Shown here: piece after piece, positions 1 to 56,113 of the stretch
How the letters are laid out: each line of letters opens with the position of its first letter
How positions within the stretch are numbered: position 1 is the stretch's first letter
NCBI RefSeq assembly: GCF_009914755.1
Contig: NC_060926.1
Direction: 5' to 3' (one strand)
Length of the DNA: 64,000 nt
Origin: the human T2T-CHM13v2.0 reference genome, Homo sapiens
Translations under genes and position numbers: made by a program
The notes under the pieces: generated by a model
Told to the model about the DNA's origin: nothing
Seen by the model: only the letters and a program-made list of their open reading frames with translations
The model's database searches: none

Positions 1-835
<835 letters not shown>

Positions 836-1407
836 TTCAGGAAACTTCTAAACTGAAATAGAAACTCAATTGAAACAGATACCCTTGATTTGCATGGGGC
901 CCACAGGGTAAAGTGAGGGAAAGACATTAAGGTTCATACTAGTACTGATTTGATGGCAAGAAGTCCTCGGAAAATGCTGGACTGCCCAGAAAGACAATAG
1001 CATCATGAGAAAAAACCATCATGCATCTAGTTGCATGAGCCAGACCAAACAAAAAGGCTGGCTGTTAGAACACACGGTCAGAGGTTTGAGCCTATTTCTG
1101 TCCATCTCCCAACATATTATCCCAGTAGCCTGATTTCTCCAAGCACCCAGGGTCTCTGGAAAAAAAGGACTCTGGCAAAAAGAAAAACATGTGACACAAG
1201 GGGCCAACAACTCTGAAAGAACAAATTAGAAGGCACAAAAGTTGATCCCCTGTTGGCTGGAAAGGGACATCAACCCATGAAGGTAGCGATATAGAGAAGG
1301 TGGACAATGGTGTGGGCAGCACCTGCTTTCAACAAAGTGGAAGCAGTCAACAGAGTAGAGGTCTGCAATACCAGCAGACACCAGAGCAAGAAAATACAGC
1401 ACTGTAG

Positions 1408-1680
1408 GCCAGGCATGGTGGCTCCTGCCTGTAATCCCAGCACTTTGGGAGGCTGAGGCGGGCGGATCACCTGAGGTCAGGAGTTCAAAACTGGCCTGGC
1501 CAACATGGTGAAACCCTGTCTCTACAAAAACACAAAAATTAGCCAAGCATAATGGTGTGTGTCTGTAATCCCAGCTACTCTGGAGGCTGAGGCGGGAGAA
1601 TTGCCTGAATCCGGGAGGTGGAAGTTCCAGTGAGCCAAGATCACACCATTGCACCCCAGCCCGTCTAAAAAGAAAAAAAA
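1408..1680 (+). mobile_element. AluS with TSD GAAAATACAGCACTGTA
   Basis: Direct repeat at ~1390-1406 and 1681-1697 flanks the Alu. Confidence 0.93.
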
Positions 1681-1900
1681 GAAAATACAGCACTGTACGC
1701 GGCAGGTCAGTGATTGTGTGATAGAAACAATTTCCATGTCCATCTTCTGGGTACTCCTAAAGGAAACTATGAGGAAGATTGTATGATTTTGCATTACTTA
1801 ACTTCTCTGAGAAGGAAAACAAGAGTAATAATAAGTAGAGAGATTTTTACATGTTTCTTTCACTGCTGTGTCTCTAGTGCCTGTAAGAATGCCTGGCACA

Positions 1901-2505
1901 GGCAGGCGTGGTAATCCCTGTAATCCCAGCACTTTGGGAGGCTGAGGTGGGCGGATCACCTGAGGTAGGGAGTTCGAGACCACCCTGATCAACATGGAGA
2001 AACCCCGTCTCTACTAAAAATAAAAAATTAGCTCGGTGTGGCGGCCTGTAATCCCAGCTCTCAGGAGGCTGACGCAGGAGAATTGATTGAACCCAGGAGG
2101 CAGAGGTTGCGGTGAGCCGGAGATCGCGCCATTGCACTCCAGCCTGGGCAACAAGAGCGAAACTCCATCTCAAAAAAAAAAAAAAAAAAAAGAATGCCTG
2201 GCACAGGCTGGGTGCAGTGGCTCACGCCTGTAATCCAGCACTTTGGGAGGCCGAGGTGGGTGGATCACGAGGTCAGGAGTTTGAGACCAGCCTGACCAAC
2301 ATGGTGAAACCCCGTCTCTACTAAAAATGCAAAAATTAGCCGGGTGTGGAAGTGCGCACCTGTATAGTCCCAGCTACTCAGGAGGCTAAGGCAGGAGAAT
2401 TCCTGAACCCGGGAGGTGGAGGTTGCAGTGAGTGCTGAAATCCTACCATTGCACTCCAGCCTGGGCAACAGAGTGAGACTCCATCTCAAAAAAAAAAAAA
2501 AAAAA
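1901..2505 (+). mobile_element. Two tandem Alus inserted into an L2 3' end
   Basis: Alu consensus twice; the flanks join to the L2-like ...GCCTGGCACAGAGTAGACACTCAAATATTTGTTGAAT. Confidence 0.9.
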
Positions 2506-2888
2506 AGAATGCCTGGCACAGAGTAGACACTCAAATATTTGTTGAATACATAAAAGATATTCACCACCCAGAACATCCCCTTCTTGTTACCAGGCACATG
2601 GAAGGTGTCTGACCAAAATGGTGTCTTTGGCTAATCTCATTAGGTTCCAAAAAGTCCCTGGAGGCTCTACTAGCACCTTGAAATTATCCCACCATTCACT
2701 CATTCCATTCATCCATTCATTTACTTAGTTACTAGTCATGTTTATGGAATCTCTACTATGTGCCAGATACTAGCCTAGTACTTGCAGATTTTGCAACTAA
2801 CTTTTATAGAGTTTATATTCTAGTTGGAACAGGGGTGGAGTTGGGGTGTACAGAGAGGACAGACGAACCATGTTTCTCATCCTTGTTA

Positions 2889-3251
<363 letters not shown>

Positions 3252-4859
3252 CTATATTCTCCTTCTTATATTTCTTTGTGCTATCTCCCCTTCACTCAGT
3301 ACTTTAACAAAGTACTAAGACTCTTACTTCTCCCTTGCAAGAGAAAATCTCCAATTACTGGCCGGGAGCAGTGGCTCATGCCTGTAATCCCAGCACTTTG
3401 GGAGGCCGAGGTGGGTGGATCATGAGGTCAGGAGTTCAAGACCAGCCTGGCCAACATGGTGAAACCCCATCTCTACTAAAAATACAAAAATTAGCAGGGT
3501 GTGGTGGCAGGGGCCTATAATCCCAGCTACCCAGGAGGCAGAGGCAGAAAATTGCTTGAACCCAAGAGACAGAGGTTGCAGTGAGCCAAGATCATGCCAC
3601 TACACTCCAGCCTGGGCAGCAGAGCAAGACTGCATCTCAAAAAAAAAAAAAAGAAAGAAAGAAAATCTCCAATTACTTTATTTGGTCAAGTTACAAACCC
3701 AAAATCAGAGTCAGCTCTGAACTCCTGATTAAAGCATCATATGGAGGTGACTATGTAAATGGTAACGTGCAAGGACAAATTCTAGGACATACCATGGCAA
3801 AGAGATTTCTCATTGAATAAGTGGTTTCATTTCATTTTGGGAATAGGATTTAAGGCTTTACACGTAAAGAAAAGAATTTTTACTTCCTGCAGACATTCAT
3901 TCATTAAATTTTTAAGAATTAATTAGATTCTATTTCATGAGTAGCACAACATAACATCCTATACAGACACAAATATGTGTAAAGTAGACTCAATTCTCTA
4001 GCAGATGTCACTTCTGCTAAGGAGACTAGACAGAAAAATACTGTGCAGTTAAATAACACTATAAACAGACATGGTGTTTCTAACATCTCACCCACCCACG
4101 CATACCCCTCTCCCAATCAGGTAATTTTCGTCTCTCTTGTCTCCCTGACCACACTGGATTACAGCTGTAACTATAATCAACCATGCTTTTTTTCTTTTTT
4201 GAGACAGGGTCTTGCTTAGTAGCCCAGGCTGGAGTGTAATGGTGAGATCATAGCAGGCGTGAACCATACACTCGGCCAATTATGCTCTTGAATTCACCCT
4301 AGGCCGGGCGTGGTAGCTCATGCCTGTAATCCCAGCACTTCGGGGGGCTGAGGCAGGCGGATCACCTGAGGTCAGGAGTTCAAGACCAGCCTGGCCAACA
4401 TGGGGAAACCCCGTCTCTACTAAAAATACAAAAACTAGTTGGGCATGGTGGCGTGTGTCTGTAATCCCAGCTACTGGGGAGGCTGAGGCAGGAGAATCAC
4501 TTGAGCCCAAGAGGCAGAGGCTTCAGTGAGCTGAGATCGTGACTGAGATCGCGACACTGCGCTCCAGCCCTGGCGACAGACTGAGACTCCGTTTCAAAAA
4601 AAAAAAAAAAAAAAGAATTCACCCTAGATTCCTCTGTCCTGTGACTTTCTGTTATTCAACCCAGGATTTTCTTTCCTCTTAATCTCAGGTTGCAGAGTTG
4701 CTACCTATTTAATGTTCCACAATCTTGAGCAGGTTGCAATTTTTTTTTTTAGATGGAGTCTCGCTGTGTCGCCTAGGCTGGAGTGCAGTAGTGCCACCTC
4801 GGCTCACTGCACCCTCCGCCTCCTGGGTTCAAGCAATTCTCCCAGCAGGTTGCAATTTA

Positions 4860-5305
<446 letters not shown>

Positions 5306-5642
5306 TCAAAAAAAACAAAGAAGAAAAAGAAAAAAAAAAAAGACATTCTAAATTCATACCCTGGGGTCATTTTAACAAATGCAGCAAAAATAGGAGAGGC
5401 TTATTGAAAGAAAACTGTGCTAATAATTCATTTGGCCAGACAGAAGGGAACGGCCAGGAATGCTCACAAATATAGTGACAGTAATGGTGTCATTCTGAGG
5501 CCTTCGCCTCAAGGCAGGGCTTGAAAGGGGATAAAGTCTAATGGCACTAGCTGGCATTTCAAATTCTAGATGCCTGAGGCAGACTGGCACCGAAACAGCT
5601 CCTCGTTTCTCTCAAAGTGAACATATAATTCATAGAGGGTTA

Positions 5643-6610
<968 letters not shown>

Positions 6611-6974
6611 AAAGAAAAAAAGGCGCAAAGGCTCCGTTCAGGCCCTAGATCCCGCGATACAAACTTTCTCGGCCCGCCCCAGCCCGCTGTGGCGGGAACA
6701 TTCTGGAAGTGACGGCAATCTCTGCGGCAGTCTTCTGTCGGAAGTGACGTTGCTATCCCAGAATCCTCAGAGAAGGAGTAGCGCGTTCGTGCGTCCTAGT
6801 TCCAGTACAGCGTGGAGGGTTTAGGCAGCGTGTTCTGATTCTTTGCGGGACGGCGAGCGCATTTGTGCTTTGCCCGCCGCGGCCTAGGAGGCCTTTTGAG
6901 GCCGCGTAGTCGGTGTTTTTGAACTGACTCTACAGCTTCTGGCAGGCCGTGCGGCGCCCTGACCCGGCCTCACC

Positions 6975-44457
<37,483 letters not shown>

Positions 44458-44658
44458 CAGAAAGGAATTATGATTATATCACCCGGACACACATCATGCT
44501 TAAGATTCAACTGGGAGCATACCAGGGATGCTCTCTAACGTAATCAAGGGAAGGTTCAGTAAGACAAAGTGATTTATCATCTATAACTTCAAACCTATTT
44601 GTCTTGACATCAACTCTGTTAACCTTATGTCATCATTTCTTAGAGTCTTTGATATACA

Positions 44659-44664
44659 AATAAA
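44659..44664 (+). terminator. Polyadenylation signal AATAAA of NOP58 (3' UTR about 0.2 kb)
   Basis: First AATAAA after the stop, followed by U/GU-rich downstream sequence; a second AATAAA lies at 44921. Confidence 0.8.
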
Positions 44665-46224
44665 ATTTTCTTTGTATTTTAAGACAATTTTGTGATCTCT
44701 TTATATCTTAGGTAGAGAATCTTTGGCTCTTTCTATAGTTTGCCATGTGATGATTATTGTTTTGATAATTATAACTGAAAAGTGAGAGTTGTTTTGAAAT
44801 TTAATCTTTTGGAAGTCAGTGATTAAGTGGACCAATTCAAGACCCCACTCTAATGTGTTTCTTTTGCCTTTTTGGACTACTTTTTATTTTCCACCTATAA
44901 TCTTTCTACCTCTTTATTTAAATAAATATTTGTTTCTTATTCAAATTTTTAAATTAGGTGAGCAAAACTTTTTAGTTCAAAAGGGTGGGAGACAGTATCC
45001 CTCCCTTTACTGTTTGCAATTCTAAAAGGCATACCAAAATAATTCTTAAAACCCTGATTTGTTTTTAAAGTAGTCAGCCTGAAGTGACTTTTTTAAAGGT
45101 TGTACAAAGTGATCATAAAGAATGGAGAATAGGGAAAAAATAAGAAAAAAAAAAGTGCCAGTTTGTGTATGTCATAGACATCATACTAAAGCCCAATTCA
45201 GTAAAAGCTGTTGGTGGATGGAAACTAGAATGACTATGGCTTTTGAGTTCCACCTCTGCTTTTCAAGTCAACAGCCCCTCTTTGGTTTCCTCATTTGTAA
45301 ATCACAGATAATGGTCAATTTTACCTCTCCCAACTGGTTTGTAGAAAATGAAATGACATAAACTTTCAGAGATGTTACTAGGCTTCAAATTTAATTTGCT
45401 TGAAGTAAATGTTGATAAAATACATGCAGCCATCCCTAGATAAAATTACATAATAAAGCTGGTTATCTTGTTCCCAGGAGAACACTGTCATTTTCGCATC
45501 ACCCACTGGTACCGCAGATACGTTCCTAATTTAGGACAAAACAGACTTAGTTTATGACCGACTTTTGATGAAAAAGGCCTAACCACCTACCCAGCTGCAT
45601 AGTCAAAAGGTTTACATGCAAAACAAGGTAGGTTTTTGAGAAACCTAAATAATAAACTTCCAGTTATTTGAATAGTCTTCTGCAGGCCCAGAGAAAGCAT
45701 AGTTAAATCATACAGCAACCACCTCTCATAAGGGCTGAAGGTTTAACTATTTAAAAAACTAACCAAAAGGTAGGTTCTTGTTCTACTTGGTACTATTGAA
45801 ACACTTCTAATGAAGAGCCTTGTGAACTTAGTTTGAAATCGGAAACTCGGGTGAATTTTATATGCCTAGTTTTTATTAGTAAATTTGAAGAATTTCTGTG
45901 GCTGCACCACAAAACTCTGCTGAAAACCTACTGATTCTCCATTTCCCTTCAAAAATGTAAATTTCTATCTTCCAGTTTAAACTGCTGTATCTGTCCATTG
46001 CCTTCTGGCTCCTCAGCACAATTACAAGGCCCTTGAGTGAGCTGTCCTCTCTCCTCCAACTTTGGCGCTCTGTTCCAGGGCTCTTTTAGAAAAGATTTAT
46101 TTGCTGCCCGTGAAGGGTTCTCTGATCCATCTGTTGCTTCTCAATGGCCATTTTCAGACTTGGCTCAGGCTCATCCTTTATCCCAGCTGTATTTGTACCC
46201 TTTAGGATAACATGGAGTAGGGCC

Positions 46225-46420
46225 AAATGTCTCAAACCCTAGCTAGTGTGCATAGGAATTATCTAGAGACCTTGCTTGATAAAATGCAAATCTGATGCTC
46301 TATTAGTGCCACCAGAGCAAAAAAAAAATGCAGGTCTGGGTTGGAGCCCAAGATTTCCTCATTTTTTACAAGCTCAGGTGGTGGTAGATGAGGGTCCATG
46401 TGCATGGTAGCAAAGTACTA
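46225..46420. mobile_element. MER5A-like hAT element
   Basis: GCATAGGAATTATCTAGAGACCTTG...AAAATGCAAATCTG...GGTCTGGGTTGGAGCCCAAGATTT. Confidence 0.55.
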
Positions 46421-46676
46421 GGATAAATTACTTAAACTCTCAGAACCTGTTTGCTTATCTGAAACTGGATTTCTCTGAGAAATAAGTGAGATAATGCTTG
46501 TGAAGAGGTTTATGTGGTAAAGTCAAGATTTAACCCCTAGCTACTTGGGACACTGAAGCAGGAGGATCGCTTGAGTCCAGGAGGTTGGGGCTGCAGTGAG
46601 CCATGGTCACACCACAGCACTCCAGTCCAGGTGACAGAGCAAACCCTGTCTCTTAAAAAAATTTCTAAAAGAAGTG

Positions 46677-47025
46677 CAGTTGACTTTTGAACAATAAGGG
46701 ACTAGGGGGACTGACCCCCTGCACAGTTGAAAATTTTGCGTATGACTTAATGATTCCCCCAAAACTTAACTGCTAACAGCCTACTGTTGACCAGAAGCCT
46801 TACCAATAACAAACTCAAAACACATTATGTTATGTATTACTGTATTCTTACCATAAGCTAGAGAAAAAAGTGTTGAGAAAATACTGTTCATTCAGTGGAA
46901 GTGGATGATCATGAAGATCTTCATACTTGTTTTCAGTTGAGTAGGCTGAGAAGAGGAGGTGTTACTCATGCTGTCTCAGGGGTGGCAGAGGCAGAAGAAA
47001 ATCTGTATGTGTCAAGGGTCAACTG
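46677..47025. mobile_element. Tigger2/MER28-like DNA transposon
   Basis: TIRs CAGTTGACTTTTGA ... TCAAGGGTCAACTG followed by TA. Confidence 0.75.
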
Positions 47026-47496
47026 TAAATTACAATAGTTCCTAAAACATCTGGAGAACTTTTTAAACAGTAAATTTCTGATTTACTGGGTATCGGGTAG
47101 AGCCCAAGAATTTCCATTTGTTACAGATTCCAGTTGATGGTTGGGGGACAGCACCTGGACCACTGTACTGCAAGGACTCCCTTGCCTAACCCTATAGTTC
47201 TCCAAACTAAAACCAAACTTAAATTGATGGTCAAGAAGTCAGGCCTGCCCATTTTGGCAACATGAAAAGCACCAGAAAGCCAGCGTCAGGCCTCAGTTGT
47301 GCTGTTGCACTGTAGGTAATTGAGGAGCCCCAGAGGGCTAGACAATCAGGTCAATGCTCTCCCTACATAGATAATGCAAGCTTGAATGGGTACAAGAAAA
47401 AATTAGTAGCATTGTTTCCTGGCCGTAAGAATTTGCTTTTGAAGGGACAAACTTAATTGCTGATACTGCAAGTGTTCTATGTATAATTAGTATTAA

Positions 47497-47752
<256 letters not shown>

Positions 47753-49251
47753 TGAGGTGATCCACCTGCCTCAGCCTCCCAAAGTGCTGGGATTACAGCC
47801 GTGAGCCACTGCGCCTGGCCCCATTGTGTTGTTTATTAAAGTTTGTGAGAACAATACCAGAATTAAAGCACCACACAACATACAGCAAAAAGTGTACATG
47901 CAATGCAAAATCATCTGAAAAATATCAGTGAGAAGATAAATTCATGCCCTAGTCCCAACATTGTGCATGTGGCTGAGCATTTCTTAGTCTTACTTTAGCT
48001 AAAATTTTAAGGAGTCTGATATGACTAGTTGAAAGAGAAAATTATCAATTTAGCATCATTAAATTTTTATTTATACTAGACTCACCATATCTTCATATCC
48101 AAGTTTTTCTATTTAGTATTTTTGAGTACTTCCAGATTTTTTTGTAGGCTGCAGTGAATGCCTTTGAACATTTATTTATCTTCATGTATTTGCATTTCCA
48201 TAGGATAATTTTTAGATACAGAATTACTATGTCAAAGGGGATATAAGTGTAAAATAATGTCAGTTTGCCTCCAAAAGAATGTCGTAATTTACACTCCTAT
48301 ACTCCAATAGCATTAAGAGAAAGCTCCTATGTCAGGAACCGTCTCATAATCATCTTTTTATTAGCATCTATTCCAGTCCCCTGCTCACTAGCAGTTTTTC
48401 GTATAGTAGTAAACAATGTTTTAAAATATTAATTTGAACTTACTGGCTTTAAACCTGGATGATTTTCCTCTCACAATTCTGTGGTCCATGATGTACAAGA
48501 AGATTCCATTTATCAGTACAGTATTGAAATCATCTTCCAGATTATACGCTCCCACCTAGCCTTGTGCTGCTAACCCAAAGAGTATTTGTGTAAATAGAGA
48601 AATATTTATCTTTTTAAAGATGGGGGTCTCACTGTGTTGCCCTGATCTTGAAATCCTGGCCTCAAGTGATCCTCCTACCTCAACCTCTGGAGTAGCTGGG
48701 ACTATATGCAAAAGCCACTGCGCCCAGCTTTTGGAACATTTTAGTAGCCTGAAGATAATTGGAATCTTGTCATTGGAAAAAATAGTTTGAGTCTAGCAGT
48801 GAGTTGTGCTTGCTACCCCTGTGGAGATAGGTTGGAATAGCAGCTCACTAGAGGTTTCTCACGAAGCCTGGGGACCCGAGGCTGGTATCTGCTACTTTGA
48901 TTTAAACCAAGCCCCCAAACCTGGCAAGGCACCAAGCAGTAGCTTTGGAAGTGGCTGCCTGGAAATTCCTGGCCTACAGTGTTGAGACAAAGGGCCCCTA
49001 GTATTTCAGCTGGTCAAGACATCCATTTGCATACCAACTCCTATGTCATAGCAGCAAATGCAGCCTTCAAAGTTGGAAGGTAAACTGTTATTAGGATAGC
49101 TATGAATGTATCCTATATAAAAGTAACCAAAGCTGAACAAACTCTCATAAAAACTACAGCCCTTGATTACTCAAAGTGTCACAATACTTAAGAGCTAATG
49201 GCTGTAAATGAGACAGCAAGGAGCATGACATCACATTCGTCAAAAATTTGA

Positions 49252-49752
<501 letters not shown>

Positions 49753-49847
49753 TAATTCAGCGTTGGTCTTTTAGGTTTCAGTTTACAGAAAAAGCATCAT
49801 AGGAAACAATCAGATCCAAAATGTGCAACGTTAAAGTCGAATAATTA

Positions 49848-50286
<439 letters not shown>

Positions 50287-50507
50287 TTAAAAAAAAAAAA
50301 AAAAAGAAAGTTAACCAGCCATTGTAGTGTGCGTCTGTAGTCCCAGCTACTTGGAAGGCTGAGGTGGGAGGATCACCTGAGACCAGGAAGTTCGAGGCTG
50401 CAGTGAGCTGAGACTGCGCCACTGCACTCTATCCTGGGTGAAAAGGGAAGACCCTGTCTTTAAAAATAATAATAAATAATAAAAATAAATAAATGGTGCG
50501 GGGATTT

Positions 50508-50561
50508 CATCGTGATTGCTTCTTAGGAATTACATCGTGATTGCTTCTTAGGAATTACATC
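50508..50561 (+). repeat. Perfect 25-bp tandem duplication CATCGTGATTGCTTCTTAGGAATTA x2
   Basis: Read directly: 50508-50532, 50533-50557, then a partial CATC. Confidence 0.95.
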
Positions 50562-50787
50562 CTGAGAATTAACGGTGGCATGGGGGATAAGGGACTACTC
50601 GTTTCATTATATCTTAGTAGCAGTCGTCTCAGTCTCTAAACTATGTGTATGGATTGCTTAGATTAAAGAACTATTTTTAAAAAATTATTCTTAAGTCGGG
50701 AGCGGTGGCTCACGCCTGTAATCCCAGCACTTTGGGAGGCTGAGGCTGGCAGATCACGAGGTCAGGAGATCGAGACCATCCTGGCTA

Positions 50788-51284
<497 letters not shown>

Positions 51285-51680
51285 TTTTGGATTAAAAGGA
51301 ACTTAAAGGGTCAAATGCGATGTATAAACCTTGATTTCAAACCTGATTTCAAAACATGAAAGACATAAAAGATGTTCTGGGAACAGTTAGGGAAGTTCTA
51401 ATATAAACTGGATATTACATGACTTTAGTGAACTATAATTACCTTTAGATGTGATTAGGCTGCTAGGGTCATGTAGGATAATGTCCTTAGTTTTCTTTTT
51501 GTTTTTTTTTTTGAGATGGAGTCTCACTCTGTCGCCCAGGCTAGAGTGCAGTGGTGCGACCTTGGCTCACTGCAACCTCAGCCTCCTGAGTAGCTGGGAT
51601 TACAGGTGTGCGCCACCATGCCCTAATTTTTGTATTTTTACTAGTGATGGGTTTTCACCATGTTGGTCAGGCTGGTCTCA

Positions 51681-51908
<228 letters not shown>

Positions 51909-53557
51909 CTACAGGTGCCCACCATCATGCCCAGTTAATTTTGTATTTTTTAGTAGAGACGGGGTTTCTCCATGTTGGTCAGGCTGGTCTTGAACTTCCG
52001 ACCTCAGGTAATCCACCCACCGTGGCCTCCCAAAGTGCTGGGATTACAGGCATGAGCCACCGCGCCCGGTCTGTCCTTAGTTTTTAAAGATGCAAGCTGC
52101 TGGGAGGAAGTATCCTGATGTCTATAATTTGTTTTGCAGTGCTTCGGCAGAGATTATGAATATAAATAGATGAAGCAAATACAGCAAAATGTTAATAGTT
52201 GTTGAAATATGTTGTGGGGGTATATGAATGATCATCATACTATTTTCTCCCTTTTTATTCCTGAATGCTTGAAATGATCATAAAGTCTTATTTTTTAAAG
52301 CAGAAACATGCTATTTATTTTGCTTTAATTCTGAGTTCTTTCTCTCTGAAAACTTCCAAGATCCTTGCAAAGTTCTTGCCAGCAAGTATTTGGGACACCC
52401 ACTATGGGCCAGGCACTTGTGAGCAGGGAAAGCTCAAAAGAAAAAGATGCAGTAGCTGATGACCTCAGAGAATTCACAAAGTGAACCTCAGACCTCGAAC
52501 GCTCCTGATGAAGAAGGCATGTTCTCATTTAAATAAATGACTGAGGAGGGGGGAATGTGGGGAAGCAGCAGTTAGAGATTGCCATAGAAGATGAGAATTA
52601 TGGAAATTAGGAACACAGAAGCTGTGAAGTTGAATTTGAGTTTATGAAACAGAAATCATTCCTCTCCCTTTCTCTACTAACCACCAAATACTACACATTT
52701 GAAGAAAATAGAAAACAGCCGAAAGAGCTGAGTGGCGTGGTACTTGCCTATAGTTTCAGCTGCTCAGGAGGGTGAGGTAGGAGGGTCACTTACGCCCAGG
52801 GGTTCGGGTCTAGCCTGGGCAACCTAGCAAAACCCTGTCTCTGGAAAACAAAAAACAAAAAAGCAGCAAAGCCCCACCCCTTGGCAGGTAATAGAGTTGG
52901 GACTACAGCTGCATCCCCTTGTAACCCCGTCTCCCCACCCCAAAATTGCCCTTCCACATCCTTTAAGCTTTGGCAATTTAGTACTCACCTGGAGAGCTCT
53001 TCTGTGCCACACAAGTGTAAGGAGGTAGCCATGTGCCTTCTCAGGGCCTCATAAAACTGCCTCTTAACCTGAGCCAGGAAGCAGGGAGGGCTTGGTTTCT
53101 AGCAAGGGTAAATGTGCCTGACTCCAGGAAAAGAATCAGTCAGACAACAAATACATCTATTTGTAGCCTAAAATCTGCTGGGCCAGCAACATGCTAATAA
53201 CCAGCTGGGCATGATGGAGAGGCCACAAGCCGACTGTCAGGATGGGAAGAGCCCTGCACTACTGGTCAGAGAAAATATACGTGAAAGTGCTGCATAAGCC
53301 AAATGGCACTATTTAAAATATGCTTGCTGTTATAAGCTGATTTCACTACTTACTAGTTCATGTCCTTAGACAAGTCAACCTTGCCTTTTCGGTCTCAGTT
53401 TCTGCAGCTATAAAATGGTAATAATTTTTTGTTTATCTTGTAGAGCTCTTAGAAACTCAGATTAAAAAAATGCACAGGCCAAGCGCAGTGGCTCATGCCT
53501 GTAATCCCAGCACTCTACGAGGCCGAGGCGAGTGGATCACTTGAGGTCAGGAGTTCA

Positions 53558-53815
<258 letters not shown>

Positions 53816-53859
53816 TTATTCTACATAAAAAAATAAGATGCAAGAATGTACCAGCCTCA

Positions 53860-54320
53860 TTTTCTCTTAATTTTGTGCACACAGCTAGCTAGAATATTCC
53901 TCAGCCTTTCTTGCAGTTAGGTATGGCCATGGGATGAGCTCTATCCAACGAAAGGGTTGTGGGTGGCAGCGATTACATCACTAGGGGGCCTGTTCCATAA
54001 AACTCCCCCAGTACACTCCTCAATGCCTTATCCCCCATTCTGTCTCAGTGTGGCAGATATCATGACCTTGGAAGTCATTTGTTAAAGATAGAGAAGTTAC
54101 AAGATAGAAGAAACCTGGGATGCTGAATCACCAGTACTGTTAAGGACAGCTACCGACAGATGAAGAACATCTGTTTTGGACTTCATAGACAAAGAATAAA
54201 CTTTTGTAACGTTTAGGCAATTATATTAGGTTGAACCACATGAAACTGCCAATATTTGACTGGTTTTGACCTATAAAAATCATTCCATGTGGTACAACCT
54301 AATAGACATTTTGCTTTGTT
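53860..54320. mobile_element. MLT1-type (ERVL-MaLR) LTR fragment
   Basis: CAGCCTTTCTTGCAGTTAGGTATGGCCATG...AGATAGAAGAAACCTGGGATGCTGAATCACC...GAATAAAC. Confidence 0.6.
54224..54304. mobile_element. MADE2-like mariner MITE (~80 bp palindromic)
   Basis: TATTAGGTTGAACCACATG ... CATGTGGTACAACCTAATA inverted termini with TA ends. Confidence 0.8.
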
Positions 54321-54435
54321 TCCTCTAAAATGAAAATCTTAGGTGGGGTGTGGTGGCTCACGCCTGTAATCCCAGCACTTTGGGAGGCCAAGGCAGGTGG
54401 ATTACGAGGTCAGGAGATCGAGACCATCCTGGCTA

Positions 54436-55062
<627 letters not shown>

Positions 55063-55770
55063 TCAAATGATCCTCCCACCTCAGCCTCCCCAGTAGCTGG
55101 GACCACAGGTGTGCAGCACCACGCCCAGCTAATTTTTATATTTTTTTGTGGAGATGGGATCTCCCTATGTGGCCCAAGCTAGTCTCAAACTCCTGGGTTC
55201 AAGCGATCCTCTCAAAGGGTGGGGATTACAGGCATGAGCCATTGCGCCCAGCCTGAGGAAATGTTTTCAACAGTCACATTTTCAAAAGTGAGGAGGGAAA
55301 TTAGTATTCTTGAGCTCATAGATCAGAGATTGTAAACTGTCTGCCTTTGGTCCACATTTGGGTGTAAAAATATTTTATTTGCTGCACAAAATGTTGGCCC
55401 ACATAGTTTTAAACAATTGAATTCATTGCTGAATCAAATATATCTTCCTGTGATACAGTCAAAAATATTTTTCTTTTTCATTGTTTTTTTGACCTTTGGA
55501 ATTAACATAGCAAAACAAAAACCTAAAACCAAACTAAACAAAGCAAAAAGAACAAATCTACTTTAATAAACAAAGAATTAAACTGTTTAGGCCTTAAAAG
55601 AGAGAGATCAATTTATAATTATGGGATGAGTAAGTTCTTTCTAAAATATAACATGAAATTCAGAAAATAAAAATAAATTGATAAAATTGACCACATTACT
55701 CTTGTATGGCAAAAATACTGTAAAATAGTCAAAATATAACAGATACTTTCTTTAGTATGTAAAGGGATTA

Positions 55771-56113
<343 letters not shown>

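Noticed and set aside
6921-6945. Branch-like CTGAC followed by TACAG and GGCAG in the 5' leader, suggesting a 5' UTR intron
   Set aside because: No convincing upstream donor within the island and a poor pyrimidine tract
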